Shown here: positions 29,291-39,868 of the stretch, piece after piece | Layout: the number at the start of each line of letters is the position of its first letter | Numbering within the stretch: the stretch's first letter is position 1 | Origin: Halobacteriota archaeon | GTDB taxonomy: Archaea; Halobacteriota; Syntropharchaeia; DAOWMC01 | Length of the DNA: 64,000 nt | Reading direction: 5' to 3' | NCBI GenBank assembly: GCA_034189535.1 | Contig: JAXHUQ010000001.1 | Location: 67 to 64,066, forward strand | Notes under the pieces: generated by a model | Told to the model about the DNA's origin: nothing | The model's input: the letters and a program-made list of their open reading frames with translations, nothing else | Database searches by the model: none | Program-made: the position numbers and the translations under genes

Positions 29291-29455
29291 TTAGTACATA
29301 CTATCGCCGACATTAATACTAGTCAGTTCTTTTTCCACGCATTCCGGACAAGTATTCTTGCCTTTTATCTTTGTATTACAGCTGCTACATATTGGTTTCC
29401 CACAGAGATCGCATTTTATATCCGTATCGACATCCGGATGATTTATACATTTCAT
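29291..29455 (-). CDS. 54-aa multi-Cys zinc-ribbon protein (absent from the ORF track)
   Basis: Hand translation 'MKCINHPDVDTDIKCDLCGKPICSSCNTKIKGKNTCPECVEKELTSINVGDSMY' has 8 Cys arranged as CxxH/CxxC pairs. Confidence 0.4.
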   Translation of the reverse strand: MKCINHPDVDTDIKCDLCGKPICSSCNTKIKGKNTCPECVEKELTSINVGDSMY

Positions 29456-29652
29456 ATCCAATCACCAATTTTGCTATAAATAGCTTTCATTGATCTCATT
29501 CTATAAATAGGTTTATATATCTCATGTAGGTTTATGGTTCATATATCTCACGTCTCCTATGCCATCTGTATCCATCTTTATTATTGTTCCAAGCAGACAA
29601 AACGAAACATTTAAAGAATTACAGCCTCATACCGATATAAGGAGCTTGGAAT

Positions 29653-30960
29653 ATGGCGAATATAAGTCTTGAAGATCTAGCAAAATTATTGGAGATGTAC
29701 GATGTTGAGGAGATATCCGGAGTCAATATTGAGGGTGACATCGAGATCGAATTATCAGAAGGAACAGATGGTGCCAGCATCGGACTGATGTTGGGTCAGG
29801 GGATAACACAGGCGGCTATGGGGCTGCTGAACCTTGCAAGATCTGCAGGTTATCCGGTTGATAGTGTTTTGCAGATGCCTGCGACTATGATGGGTATTGA
29901 ACAGATGGGGGCACGTGCAGCTAAGCTAGACTCACTTATACCAGCCAAATTCAATGTTGGAAAAGAAAAGTGGATTGATCGGGTAGAGGAAGTGACCATC
30001 GGTGCAACATCATCGGATGGAGGGTCAAGAGGTAATGTGATAACGATTGGTGGTCAGACTGCCATGCCATTCTACAGCTTCGACGGTGAGATTCCGAACC
30101 CCCCGGCGGTTACGATTGACTGTTTTGATATACCAATACCACTTGCAAAGGCTGTAAAGACTCATTATGAAGATGTAATGAGTGACCCTGGTGAGTGGGC
30201 AAAGAAGAATGTAGAGAAGTTCAAGGCAGACATGGTCACGATTCACTTGATTGGTACGGACCCCCTGATAAACGATACCCCAGCAAAAGAGGCCGCCAAG
30301 GTAGTGGAAGAGGTTCTTCAGGCAGTAAAAGTTCCAATCGTCATAGGTGGTTCGGGAAATCCTGAGAAAGATCCCGAGGTGCTTGAGAAGGCTGCAGAAG
30401 TTGCAGAGGGTGAAAGGTGTCTCCTTGCATCAGCAAATCTAAATATGGATTATGAGAGGATTGCAAACGCTGCAAAGAAGTACGGACATGTGGTACTTTC
30501 TTGGACCCAGCTCGACATAAATGACCAGAAGACCCTGAACAGGTATCTCTTCAAATTGGGAATAGAGAGAAGCGATATCGTTATAGATCCGACAACTGCT
30601 GCTCTTGGATACGGACTCGATTACGCTTACACAAACATGGAGAGGATAAGGATGAGTGGGCTGAAGGGCGATAAAGATCTATCATTCCCTATGTCATCCG
30701 GGACCACAAATGCTTGGGGTGCTCGTGAAGCATGGATGAAGGATTCACCGATAAAAGATGATTCTGACTGGGGTCCGAGGGAGTATAGAGGTCCGATTTA
30801 CGAGATTATTACAGGTCTGACACTTGCCCTTGGAGGTGGTGATCTCTTCATGATGATGCATCCTGGTGCGGTTGCGGTATTCAAGGAGATCACACAGACA
30901 CTATTTGGTGCGATAAAGAAGGATCAAGTGGATATATCCAACTGGATCACAAAGACCTAA
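29653..30960 (+). CDS. cdhD: Acetyl-CoA decarbonylase/synthase complex subunit delta
   Basis: About 435 aa with overall similarity to CdhD (TIM barrel). Assigned from recalled similarity. Confidence 0.55.
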   Translation: MANISLEDLAKLLEMYDVEEISGVNIEGDIEIELSEGTDGASIGLMLGQGITQAAMGLLNLARSAGYPVDSVLQMPATMMGIEQMGARAAKLDSLIPAKFNVGKEKWIDRVEEVTIGATSSDGGSRGNVITIGGQTAMPFYSFDGEIPNPPAVTIDCFDIPIPLAKAVKTHYEDVMSDPGEWAKKNVEKFKADMVTIHLIGTDPLINDTPAKEAAKVVEEVLQAVKVPIVIGGSGNPEKDPEVLEKAAEVAEGERCLLASANLNMDYERIANAAKKYGHVVLSWTQLDINDQKTLNRYLFKLGIERSDIVIDPTTAALGYGLDYAYTNMERIRMSGLKGDKDLSFPMSSGTTNAWGAREAWMKDSPIKDDSDWGPREYRGPIYEIITGLTLALGGGDLFMMMHPGAVAVFKEITQTLFGAIKKDQVDISNWITKT

Positions 30961-30991
30961 TTATTTCTTTAAGATAGATAATGAGATGAAA

Positions 30992-31013
30992 AAGCCTGAG
31001 TCTTTTCAGGCTT
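30992..31013. terminator. Perfect 8-bp stem hairpin AAGCCTGA-(6 nt)-TCAGGCTT between convergent cdhD and hom, followed by a T-run; putative bidirectional terminator
   Basis: Seen directly in the sequence. Confidence 0.45.
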
Positions 31014-31015
31014 AC

Positions 31016-32014
31016 TTATTTTTTGTTTTTTGATATACTTATTATGTCACCGACTATTGTACTTGCGGTCTCTATAGATCCGGCACCTTTACCGGTAACT
31101 GTAATCTCACCTGCAAGATCGGTCTGAATTGATGCCACGTTGAGGGTTCCTCCTATTGAGAGTGGATCTCCAATGGGGATAAGTCTGGGTGCAACACTTA
31201 GAACATCTCTGCTCACTTCTCCTACAAGTTTTATCAGGTATCCCTCATCACGGGCAAGTTGAAGCGCATCGGTAGTGACGTGGCGTATACCTGTTACCTT
31301 CACATCATTGTAAGTAACATTGAGACCGAAGATGGAGTTTGCAAGTATCACAAGCTTACAGGCAGCATCTATTCCATCAACATCATAGGTCGGATCAGCT
31401 TCTGCTATGCCCAGATCCTGTGCCTCTGTTAGAACGTGTTCATAGGGTAATCCATCCTCAGCCATTCTAGTAAGGATATAATTACAGGTACCATTGAGTA
31501 TACCAGTTATACTCAAGATCTCATTACATGCAAGATCATCCCTGATCAGGTTAATGATCGGCATCGCACCACCTACAGTTGCTTCATACCTTAAGCCAAC
31601 ATCATTTGCTATTGCAAGATCCATCAACTTCTTATAGTTGAGTGCGAGTGGACCTTTGTTTGACGTGACAAGGTTCCTCTTATTCTCAAGAGCGGTGATC
31701 ATATGTGTCATTCCGGGTTCGCCGGTCTCTTTATTTGTCGGAGTGGTCTCAACCACAATATCATGATCGATCTCTTCAATCATTCGGACTCCGGCCATAT
31801 CGAGTGCTTCAATCTCCTTATTCTTTGCCTTCTTCAGAATATCCTCAAGATCTAAACCAGACTCATCCACAACGGTTCCCCATATATCAGAAATTGCTAC
31901 AACTTTGAGATCGATCCCCAATAATTTCATATAATCATATTTTTGCCGGATCACCTGTGCAACACCACGCCCTACAACCCCAAATCCGACGATTGAAACC
32001 CGTATCACTTTCAT
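31016..32014 (-). CDS. hom: Homoserine dehydrogenase
   Basis: 'VSIVGFGVVGRGVAQV' Rossmann motif and homoserine-DH catalytic domain. Confidence 0.8.
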   Translation of the reverse strand: MKVIRVSIVGFGVVGRGVAQVIRQKYDYMKLLGIDLKVVAISDIWGTVVDESGLDLEDILKKAKNKEIEALDMAGVRMIEEIDHDIVVETTPTNKETGEPGMTHMITALENKRNLVTSNKGPLALNYKKLMDLAIANDVGLRYEATVGGAMPIINLIRDDLACNEILSITGILNGTCNYILTRMAEDGLPYEHVLTEAQDLGIAEADPTYDVDGIDAACKLVILANSIFGLNVTYNDVKVTGIRHVTTDALQLARDEGYLIKLVGEVSRDVLSVAPRLIPIGDPLSIGGTLNVASIQTDLAGEITVTGKGAGSIETASTIVGDIISISKNKK

Positions 32015-32332
32015 GCTATACCTCTTCAGTTGCTAAACCCGTAAAGATGCTTAATACTTATATATCTGCCTATCTTCCTCATCGCCACCATTTTTACTGA
32101 GTCGAATTGAAATTTGTAAGTCAAATCTTTAGGTTATGAACATAGTTTTTGTAAAAGCATGTCCATTATATTTATAAGGGGGACAAGGCTTAGTATTATT
32201 AAAATATGGGTGTTGAGCCTAAATTTAATCGCATGTTTATTCACCTCTTGGAAAGCCTTATTCCTTTGTGCTCCTCACCCATTTTTATGCCCAATTTTAA
32301 AGGAACGATTTTGGCTTTAGAATCCACACTCT

Positions 32333-33442
32333 TTACTTCCAGGTCACAATAGTCAGTACGTCTTCATCACAGAGTTCATGATCAAGACCGACCTTCTGGC
32401 CTGCGTGTTTTGCAGATGGGCCCCAGACCATCGCATATCTGAACTTCTTCTCAAAGTTCCTGTGCAGTTTTTTACAGGCAACCTCTACCTTATCACCATC
32501 TTTCAAGATCAATGGTTCTTCGTAGTCTGTTTCCTTGCCTACCGGTTTCATATAAATCCGTTTTAGCTTTAAATGGGTGAATATGCTCTCTCTTGTCTCG
32601 TCCAAACCCTCACCATTTTTAGCAGATATGGCGATCACATCAAGGTCCCTGCCCTTTATATCTTTTACAGTCTTCTTCAGTTGTGCCCTTTCTATCAGAT
32701 CCGACTTGTTTATGATTGCAACAGCAGGCACGTAAATTTTATTTTGAGAGAATGAATCTATCAGTTGATCCTCTGTAATATCACCGCGTACAATGATCTC
32801 GGCATTTAATATGAACTCCGAAGCGATAGTCTTTATCAGGTCCTCGTTCAAGTGCGTAAGTTTCCCTGTAGTATTTATTATGAGTCCTCCCTGCCCTTTC
32901 TTCGTGACAAGAACATCTGGCTTTTTCCGGTTCAAACGTAACCCGGCATCGTAAAGCTCTCTTTCTATCACCTCAAGATCATCGGGACGTTGCCCATCCA
33001 CCATAAGTATAACTAGATCGACGTTTCTTACCGCCGATAAGATCTCCCGTCCCCTCCCTTTTCCCTTTGACGCACCGGTAATAAGGCCTGGTAGATCCAG
33101 AAGCTGAATATCTGCCCCCTTGTACTTCATCATTCCCGGAATCGCATCAAGTGTTGTGAAATCATAAGCACCGATCTTGCTCGAAGCCGCAGTCAGCTGA
33201 TTGAGAAGCGTGCTCTTTCCGATGCTAGGAAAACCGATAATTCCGACAGTTGCATCGCCAGACTTTTTGATCGAGAAGCCTTTACCCTTTGATCCTGAGC
33301 TTCTCGATATCTCAGACTCCTCTCTGAGCTTGGCAAGCTTTGCCTTTAGCTTTCCCAGATGGTGCATTGTGGCCTTGTTCTTCTGGGTTTTTAGGATCTC
33401 GTCTTCTATCTCCTTTATCTTCTCTTCAATTGATGGACTCAT
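32333..33442 (-). CDS. drg: Developmentally regulated GTP-binding protein (DRG/Obg family) with a C-terminal TGS domain
   Basis: G1 'GFPSIGKST', G3 'DLPG', G4 'NKSD' and a TGS C-terminus. Confidence 0.8.
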   Translation of the reverse strand: MSPSIEEKIKEIEDEILKTQKNKATMHHLGKLKAKLAKLREESEISRSSGSKGKGFSIKKSGDATVGIIGFPSIGKSTLLNQLTAASSKIGAYDFTTLDAIPGMMKYKGADIQLLDLPGLITGASKGKGRGREILSAVRNVDLVILMVDGQRPDDLEVIERELYDAGLRLNRKKPDVLVTKKGQGGLIINTTGKLTHLNEDLIKTIASEFILNAEIIVRGDITEDQLIDSFSQNKIYVPAVAIINKSDLIERAQLKKTVKDIKGRDLDVIAISAKNGEGLDETRESIFTHLKLKRIYMKPVGKETDYEEPLILKDGDKVEVACKKLHRNFEKKFRYAMVWGPSAKHAGQKVGLDHELCDEDVLTIVTWK

Positions 33443-33573
33443 AGTCTCTTCCGGTATTGCAAGTATGTATATAGTGACACATAAAATAATCTACTTTTTC
33501 ATGTTGACATAGCCTGTAACTTTCGGTCTGGATAATGCAAAGATAAAAATATAATGGTGATATATCTGCTATT

Positions 33574-34131
33574 ATGAAACTAGAAGTAAGCGACTACCCG
33601 AAGCTACTAGTAAGGCAGGTTGTGGTGATCTCTACCATATCAGATAGCGGAGTATCAAATGCCGCACCATTCAGTTTGAATTCACCGATATGTTTTAACC
33701 CACCTCTCTATGGATTCTCCACGAATCCGAATCATCACACATGGAAGAATATTCAAAAGAATGAAGAGTTCGTCGTGAATGTGGTTGGAAACGACTTTGG
33801 AGAGCTGATGGAAGTACTGGAATATCCATTTGATTACGAGGTCAGTGAGATCGAGAAGGCAGGTCTTACGGAAGAGAAGGCGGAGATGGTGAAGCCCCCG
33901 AGGATCGCTGAGGCAAATGCCTGGATAGAGTGTAAGCTCAAAGATTCTATAGTCTTGGGGGATCACGTATGGGTCGTCGGAGAGGTTGTCTGTACGGGTG
34001 TCAAGGACGGTCTCTGGACTGATCAAGCGGCACTTGATCTTAAAAAAGCAAATGCCCTCTGTCACATGGGCGGTAAATTCTTCGTCAGTGATTCGAGGAT
34101 AAAAGAGTTCAACAGGGCTCAAAGGAAGTAG
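33574..34131 (+). CDS. Flavin reductase-like FMN-binding protein
   Basis: Flavin_Reduct-type pattern 'VISTISDSGVSNAAPFS'. Confidence 0.6.
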   Translation: MKLEVSDYPKLLVRQVVVISTISDSGVSNAAPFSLNSPICFNPPLYGFSTNPNHHTWKNIQKNEEFVVNVVGNDFGELMEVLEYPFDYEVSEIEKAGLTEEKAEMVKPPRIAEANAWIECKLKDSIVLGDHVWVVGEVVCTGVKDGLWTDQAALDLKKANALCHMGGKFFVSDSRIKEFNRAQRK

Positions 34132-35192
34132 ATACCTGCGACATTGAACGCCATTGCAAGGTTTCCGATAACAAGTAGAGTCCCCATCAGAATGATTGCA
34201 CGTACCCCGTTTCTTGGGGTGGGGTTTCTTGCAAGGAGATAATACGGTATCAACTGGGCGGCAATGATAGGAAATGCCCATATCAAAAATCCACGGGTGA
34301 ATAGGTACTCAAAATAACATATCAACACTATTACGAGATCCGCCAGTGCTATGCATATGAAACCGAGATAGAACGAGTTCCGAAGCCCCAATCTTGTCGC
34401 AATTGTGGTTAAGCCTTCTTTCTTATCACCATCGTAATCTACTATTGTAGTTGGCATATAGACTGCGCCGGTTCCAAGGGCAACGATGACAAACCACCAA
34501 ACAAGTTCAAAAAGAGGTCTATCCTGTCCTGCTGCGGCCCAACCGGCGAGTGAGCAAATCACACCAGCGCCAATCATACATGTCAAAAGATCGAGTCCGG
34601 GACGCTCCTTTAATCTGAAGGGGGGTGCAGAGTATAATATGGAAAGAAGTAGGCATACCGCAATAAGCAGGGTGAACAATCCTGAAATACGCAGTGATAT
34701 CAAGATTGCCATAACCATCAGTATTACAGAACTCAACATTGCTATTCCCGGACTGAGTAGCCCTGTTACGAGCGGAAACTCCTCTTTTCTTATCGATTTG
34801 TCATATTCTCTGTCCCAGTAATCATTGAATAGGAGTGTTGAACCGCCAAGGAGTGGGCCAACGACTATCACTCCAAGGAAGAATGTACTCGAAGAAGAGA
34901 TCCATTCAGCTATCCATTCTAAGATCAGCCGAATCATTCCTGCGGTTGTGGGATCTCCACCATAGTTCTCTATCAGCCATCCCCACGTCTCTTTCTGCCC
35001 TGGTAGAACCACTCTGTTTGTATATGCCCAGCTAAGGTAGTACGGCCCCATAGAGACCCACCAGAAGAGCATGTTCATATGCTTCACCAGGTACCTTAGG
35101 GTATTGACAAATGAAGAGGCTATATCGATGACCCCGTCAAGATAACTTTCGGAACTGTAGTCTTCAATCATTCTAGGATCTATTCCATTCAA
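34119..35192 (-). CDS. UbiA-family membrane prenyltransferase with an N-terminal extension
   Basis: Eight or more TM segments; 'NDYWDREYD' UbiA Asp-rich motif. Confidence 0.65.
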   Translation of the reverse strand: MNGIDPRMIEDYSSESYLDGVIDIASSFVNTLRYLVKHMNMLFWWVSMGPYYLSWAYTNRVVLPGQKETWGWLIENYGGDPTTAGMIRLILEWIAEWISSSSTFFLGVIVVGPLLGGSTLLFNDYWDREYDKSIRKEEFPLVTGLLSPGIAMLSSVILMVMAILISLRISGLFTLLIAVCLLLSILYSAPPFRLKERPGLDLLTCMIGAGVICSLAGWAAAGQDRPLFELVWWFVIVALGTGAVYMPTTIVDYDGDKKEGLTTIATRLGLRNSFYLGFICIALADLVIVLICYFEYLFTRGFLIWAFPIIAAQLIPYYLLARNPTPRNGVRAIILMGTLLVIGNLAMAFNVAGIYFL

Positions 35193-36425
35193 TCAGAGCT
35201 TCGGGGACCTATTGGGATTTAGTATGTTGTACGGATCGAATGCCATCTTCATGTCTTTCAATGCTGTAACGTCTTCACCGGTGGATTTCCTGGTGCTGTA
35301 ATCATGAACTACACCCATAACAGAGCATCCGCCATATTTCGAAACGAGCTCGTCGACCTTCTTTCCAAGTGCCATGGCTGTAACCTGACTCTTAAGGTCA
35401 TCTCCACCTTGCAGGCAGTACGGCATAAGAAGAACAGAACTCCGATCGATTATCAGGCCATTAATGGATGATTTCAGTCCCATCCCGCTTGCGATATCAT
35501 ACACTCCTGCAATCATCTCACTCATGCGCGATACCGGTATCATTGCTTCGGGCACAACAATCACCGAACCCAATTTCCTTATGCAAGCATCAAAATATCT
35601 ATTGTCCCATTCCTGCTTTGCAACTTTTGCATCCTCTTTTTTCCCTTTTCCCATAAGCTGATCAATTATGCCCTCTTCATAATCCATCATCTCTTTTGAT
35701 CCCTTCAGTGTAATGTTTAGTATCGGACCTTCAGGAGCATCGGTACCGACATTACTGAGGAACTCGGAATGGTTCTTGTCTGTAAATGATATGTTGAAAG
35801 GTGTCACTTTTGCTCTTGTTAACACATAAGCAGCTTCGGATAGGCTATCAATATCCATAAATGAGTAGGATAACTGTCGCATCTCCTCCTTGTTGTATAT
35901 CTTCAAGGTGCTCTTGGTAATTATTCCAAGGGTTCCTTCCGCACCTACCATGAGCTCGGTCAGACTGTATCCAGAGCTATTCGAGGCCACGTCATCGAAT
36001 CCGGTGTTGATCACTTTACCGTTTGAAAGGACCACCTCAAGGGATCTTATCTGCTCCTCTATCCCGCCATACTTGTATGAACCTATGCCATAACCGCCGG
36101 TATTTATCCAACCACCGACGGTAGATGACGAAGCATTACTGGGACATGCTCCAAGAAGAAAGCCACTCTTGAGAACGGTATCATATAGCTTATCCCACCT
36201 GACTCCCGCATCTACAATAACCCTCTGATCCTCCGCGTCTACTTCGATCAACCGGTCAATATTCCCCATATCTAAGACAATGCCATCATCCGGAACCACA
36301 CCACCACTATAGATCCAACTATCACCGCCCATTGGTGTGATGGCCGTACCATCTCTCATGGCCTGCTTGACAATACTAGATACTTCTTCGGTTGTTTTCG
36401 GCTTTATGATATTAGCATTACTCAA
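35193..36425 (-). CDS. FAD-linked oxidase (PCMH-type FAD-binding; GlcD/DprE1-like)
   Basis: FAD-binding-4-like N-terminus 'AITPMGGDSWIYSGG...GIVLDMGNIDRLIEVD'; directly abuts the UbiA gene. Confidence 0.6.
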   Translation of the reverse strand: MSNANIIKPKTTEEVSSIVKQAMRDGTAITPMGGDSWIYSGGVVPDDGIVLDMGNIDRLIEVDAEDQRVIVDAGVRWDKLYDTVLKSGFLLGACPSNASSSTVGGWINTGGYGIGSYKYGGIEEQIRSLEVVLSNGKVINTGFDDVASNSSGYSLTELMVGAEGTLGIITKSTLKIYNKEEMRQLSYSFMDIDSLSEAAYVLTRAKVTPFNISFTDKNHSEFLSNVGTDAPEGPILNITLKGSKEMMDYEEGIIDQLMGKGKKEDAKVAKQEWDNRYFDACIRKLGSVIVVPEAMIPVSRMSEMIAGVYDIASGMGLKSSINGLIIDRSSVLLMPYCLQGGDDLKSQVTAMALGKKVDELVSKYGGCSVMGVVHDYSTRKSTGEDVTALKDMKMAFDPYNILNPNRSPKL

Positions 36426-36586
36426 AATACAGCCCCCTTGCGCAATATATTTTCAACTGATAAACCATAATTTAAACAACCTGCACATTAACATTTCGTT
36501 TTGTCATACCTTATTTGGCCTTATCCGCCAAGCAATATGAATTGTGGGGTCGGTTTTTTGGGATAATCGTTTCCATAAAAATAACT

Positions 36587-38203
36587 TCATACTCCGTCTA
36601 CTTTCTTGAAGTAAATTAGGAAATGAATTACCAGAAGAAAGACTGAGATAAATGCAAGAATGGGCAGATTAAACCACCTAAAGGAACTTTGTGAGCCAAC
36701 AAGAAGTGTTATACCCTCCCTTATATCAACATCGTCATAAGATATCCATATGTTGGCCAGGTATGTTCCGGATGAAGTGGATGAATGTGGAGTAACTTGT
36801 ATACTATGTGTAACAGTGCTTCTTGGTTGAATCAACCTTTTGTTTTCGTCAATTTTTACAGCCCAGTGAGCCGGTAGCTCCATATTTATGTCAATTTCTA
36901 CCGGATCATCGTTAAAGTTTGTTACTCTGAAGGTGACCTCACCGGATCTACCCGGAAGAAGGCTCGGAGAACTTATATCGGAGATTCTTATCTTATCCAA
37001 AGACTCATCGCTTGTCGGCTCATAATAATTGAATATATTCATCTGCTTGACCGGCCAATAGATATACAAGGAGCAATCCTCTAAAACCCATGGGATCTCA
37101 TAGTGAATCATATTTTTCTCATTTGGGATCAGATCATCAAACCTCCATTTCACGAGAGGGCCGTCGAGAAGTATCATCGGTTCTGTCTCAAACAATATCT
37201 CCCCTACAGATGGCGCCATTTCTTTCGGGATCTGCTCAATGATCTCGAGAGTCCTGATCGGTATTTCAGAGTTCTCGATATTAAGTGAGACTGATGTTAC
37301 ATTCTTCTTATTATCAATTACTACCGATCTCTTTATAATGGGGTGGCTATAATCGCTGTTTTTTGAACTGACTCTTAAGATGAAGAAGTTTTCATCTTCA
37401 AAGATCTCGTTACCCACTCTTATCAAAACAAGATAATCTTTGATTGATACATCCGTTGGAATAGAGACTATTATATTCAACTTTTTGGATTCGTTCGGGG
37501 GAATAGAGAGTGAGTCTGGTATAATTCTTACCATCTCACTCTCATCTTCCGAATCAATTCTTTCGATATTCGTATGAACATTCAGTTCTAAGGTCTCATT
37601 TGTTGGGTTACCGATCTCAATACTACTGAGAACGCAGTCTCCTGGCAGGGTCTCTATGAGTACGGGAATCTTCAAAAATTCAAGCACCAGTTCATCCTGA
37701 TTCGTAGGTATTATCTTCTTCTCTTCCAGGGTGTAGGTAAAGCCGTCAATGTTGTAATTCTTCGGTTTAAGTATTATCGAGAAGCTTCTAGTCACCTCTG
37801 AAGTTGTGAAATTCTCATAGGTAGCTTTTGATGTCGCATTGTACATTCCAATGGAATTATTCCCCGAGTTCCAGCTCTTTACGAACGTGACAACTCCAAA
37901 TGCAGGTATCTCTGTTGGATCAAAGATGAGTGTATCTACCAGATAACCTGAACTGTTGGTTATGTTTATCTGCGCTGTGGCGTTTATGGCAATGTTTCCT
38001 GTGTTCTCAATTACAACTATGAAATTTGTACTCATCAGACTTATTACAGGATCGTTATCCATATAAAGGTCTATCACCTCGGCATTTATTGTCGGAAGAA
38101 CACTCACATTAACAGGCACAGTATGAGCATATGCTTGTGAGATGAGCAGAAGAACAAAGAATAAAATTACAAGTACCTTTCTCATAAGAACACCAACATT
38201 CAT
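36587..38203 (-). CDS. Secreted cell-surface protein with a C-terminal TM anchor
   Basis: Signal peptide, many N-x-S/T sequons, and a C-terminal TM 'ILAFISVFLLVIHFLIYFKK'. Confidence 0.55.
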   Translation of the reverse strand: MNVGVLMRKVLVILFFVLLLISQAYAHTVPVNVSVLPTINAEVIDLYMDNDPVISLMSTNFIVVIENTGNIAINATAQINITNSSGYLVDTLIFDPTEIPAFGVVTFVKSWNSGNNSIGMYNATSKATYENFTTSEVTRSFSIILKPKNYNIDGFTYTLEEKKIIPTNQDELVLEFLKIPVLIETLPGDCVLSSIEIGNPTNETLELNVHTNIERIDSEDESEMVRIIPDSLSIPPNESKKLNIIVSIPTDVSIKDYLVLIRVGNEIFEDENFFILRVSSKNSDYSHPIIKRSVVIDNKKNVTSVSLNIENSEIPIRTLEIIEQIPKEMAPSVGEILFETEPMILLDGPLVKWRFDDLIPNEKNMIHYEIPWVLEDCSLYIYWPVKQMNIFNYYEPTSDESLDKIRISDISSPSLLPGRSGEVTFRVTNFNDDPVEIDINMELPAHWAVKIDENKRLIQPRSTVTHSIQVTPHSSTSSGTYLANIWISYDDVDIREGITLLVGSQSSFRWFNLPILAFISVFLLVIHFLIYFKKVDGV

Positions 38204-38264
38204 ATATTGAAAAGTGACATTTCACTAGCTCAATTTATATTACAGAAAAATTAAAAATTACTCC

Positions 38265-38945
38265 TTATTTGTACTCTTTTTCGTATTTCAATCTGTTACT
38301 ACCTTTTTCAGTCAATTTTAAACTACTAGGAGCTGTTACTTCTTCTCTTCTTCTTGATCTTATGAGGAAAAATACCAGGATGACAATAATTGCTAGCAGT
38401 ATTAGTGTGGTATTGCTTGCAAAGAACTCACTCATCATACCGGTGGACATTAAGGGTTCTTCACCAACCACTTCCACTGAAATTGGTATTCTGAATCCGG
38501 TCCAGGCGGCTACTCCGGGAGAGTCTTTAGCAGAGACATCCGCATCTCTGAAACAGACCCAAGTCCTCCTCTGGTACCAGTGTCCGGGGATTGGTGCGTC
38601 GGTAGAATTGACTCCATAGAGACCTGGTTTGGAATTTTCGGGAATCTCTATCGTAATTGTGAAGACTTCACTCTCACCTTCACTGAGTGTATATTCATTC
38701 GGCTCTATTTTGATCCAGGAAGTGATATTCATCTCTTCCGTATCCCCATTAAAAGGAGTGTACAGCGCATACCAGTAGCCATATCTTGTATCCTTGTCCC
38801 CAGTCAATTGTACTGTAAAAGTGAGTATTTCTCCCGGTTCCCCTCTCCAGCCGTAAGCGGTTATTGTATCTGTTTGTGTGGCTGATGCGGCTTGTATAGA
38901 TGAAAGAATAATCAACAATATCACAATGGATCTTATAGCTTTCAC
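38265..38945 (-). CDS. Secreted surface protein with a C-terminal TM anchor and basic tail
   Basis: Signal peptide; C-terminal 'LILLAIIVILVFFLIRSRRRE'. Confidence 0.5.
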   Translation of the reverse strand: MKAIRSIVILLIILSSIQAASATQTDTITAYGWRGEPGEILTFTVQLTGDKDTRYGYWYALYTPFNGDTEEMNITSWIKIEPNEYTLSEGESEVFTITIEIPENSKPGLYGVNSTDAPIPGHWYQRRTWVCFRDADVSAKDSPGVAAWTGFRIPISVEVVGEEPLMSTGMMSEFFASNTTLILLAIIVILVFFLIRSRRREEVTAPSSLKLTEKGSNRLKYEKEYK

Positions 38946-39052
38946 TGTATCTCTTTCTCCTTATATATCCACTCGGTAGATACAATATATAAACATTTCT
39001 CCCTTACCTCTTAAAAAGAGAAGAGGTACGGAGTGTTACCTCAGAAGATTAT

Positions 39053-39691
39053 TTAAGCTGCTGAACACTCCGTATAAAAGCTTCCTGTATAATCTGATGC
39101 CGATTCGGTACTCTGCGGTATGTCAAGACAGAGGAAAAGTGACTGGTTTCCTCCTGGTGCGAGACTTGATATCTGTGGACTTCCCGGCGAACTTTCGACC
39201 ATTGCAGTACTAATCGGACTCACGGCGCTACCATGAATACCTGCAGTACAGTTGTAGGTCTCTTGAGTGGACAGGTCAATATCCGTACTCGTTGTTGCCG
39301 ATGTTATATCGGTCCCGTAGAAGTATACATCCATCGCAACAGTTCCACTGTTGTTCAGTGTGACTTCATTTACACCACTAGAGGCGTCTTGCGCCCCACC
39401 AGCGTAAATTTGGGCATCTCCGGAATCATAGCATGTCGGCTCGTTGTCATATGACCCTGACTGTCCCGTGAAGTTCCACATTGCAATCTCGGTCCAATCA
39501 CCTCCAAACTCTCTGAAGTCGACAATACTGGTGTTCCTCTCTACGGTGACATTCTGAGTCACCGTATCTGCCCAAGTTGGCATCCCAAAAGCGACTAGTA
39601 GTAATAGCATAATCAAGGCTAAAATTGTGCATGTTTCAGTTTTCTTATTCATTAATTTCACCCCCTCCACAATTTGATGTATTATGGCCAT
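39053..39691 (-). CDS. Secreted protein homologous to the C-terminal domain of the adjacent giant surface protein
   Basis: Signal peptide. The C-terminal 'SPQISSLAPGGNQSLFLCLDIPQS...' parallels the giant protein's 'SPQISSLGQGTFKDIYLYLDIPLS...'. Confidence 0.5.
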   Translation of the reverse strand: MAIIHQIVEGVKLMNKKTETCTILALIMLLLLVAFGMPTWADTVTQNVTVERNTSIVDFREFGGDWTEIAMWNFTGQSGSYDNEPTCYDSGDAQIYAGGAQDASSGVNEVTLNNSGTVAMDVYFYGTDITSATTSTDIDLSTQETYNCTAGIHGSAVSPISTAMVESSPGSPQISSLAPGGNQSLFLCLDIPQSTESASDYTGSFYTECSAA

Positions 39692-39868
39692 TTAAAATTA
39701 ATTTTCCTAATTTATCCGAGTTTACATCACCATACAGATTAGAAATATGGCCATTTTTCTATGCATATATGTCTTATCTTATAGTATTTATAACTTGTGC
39801 TAAGGTACTAATATTGCTCTGAGATAACAATATTGGCTTTGATTATAAACACTTGCATAAAATGTGAT

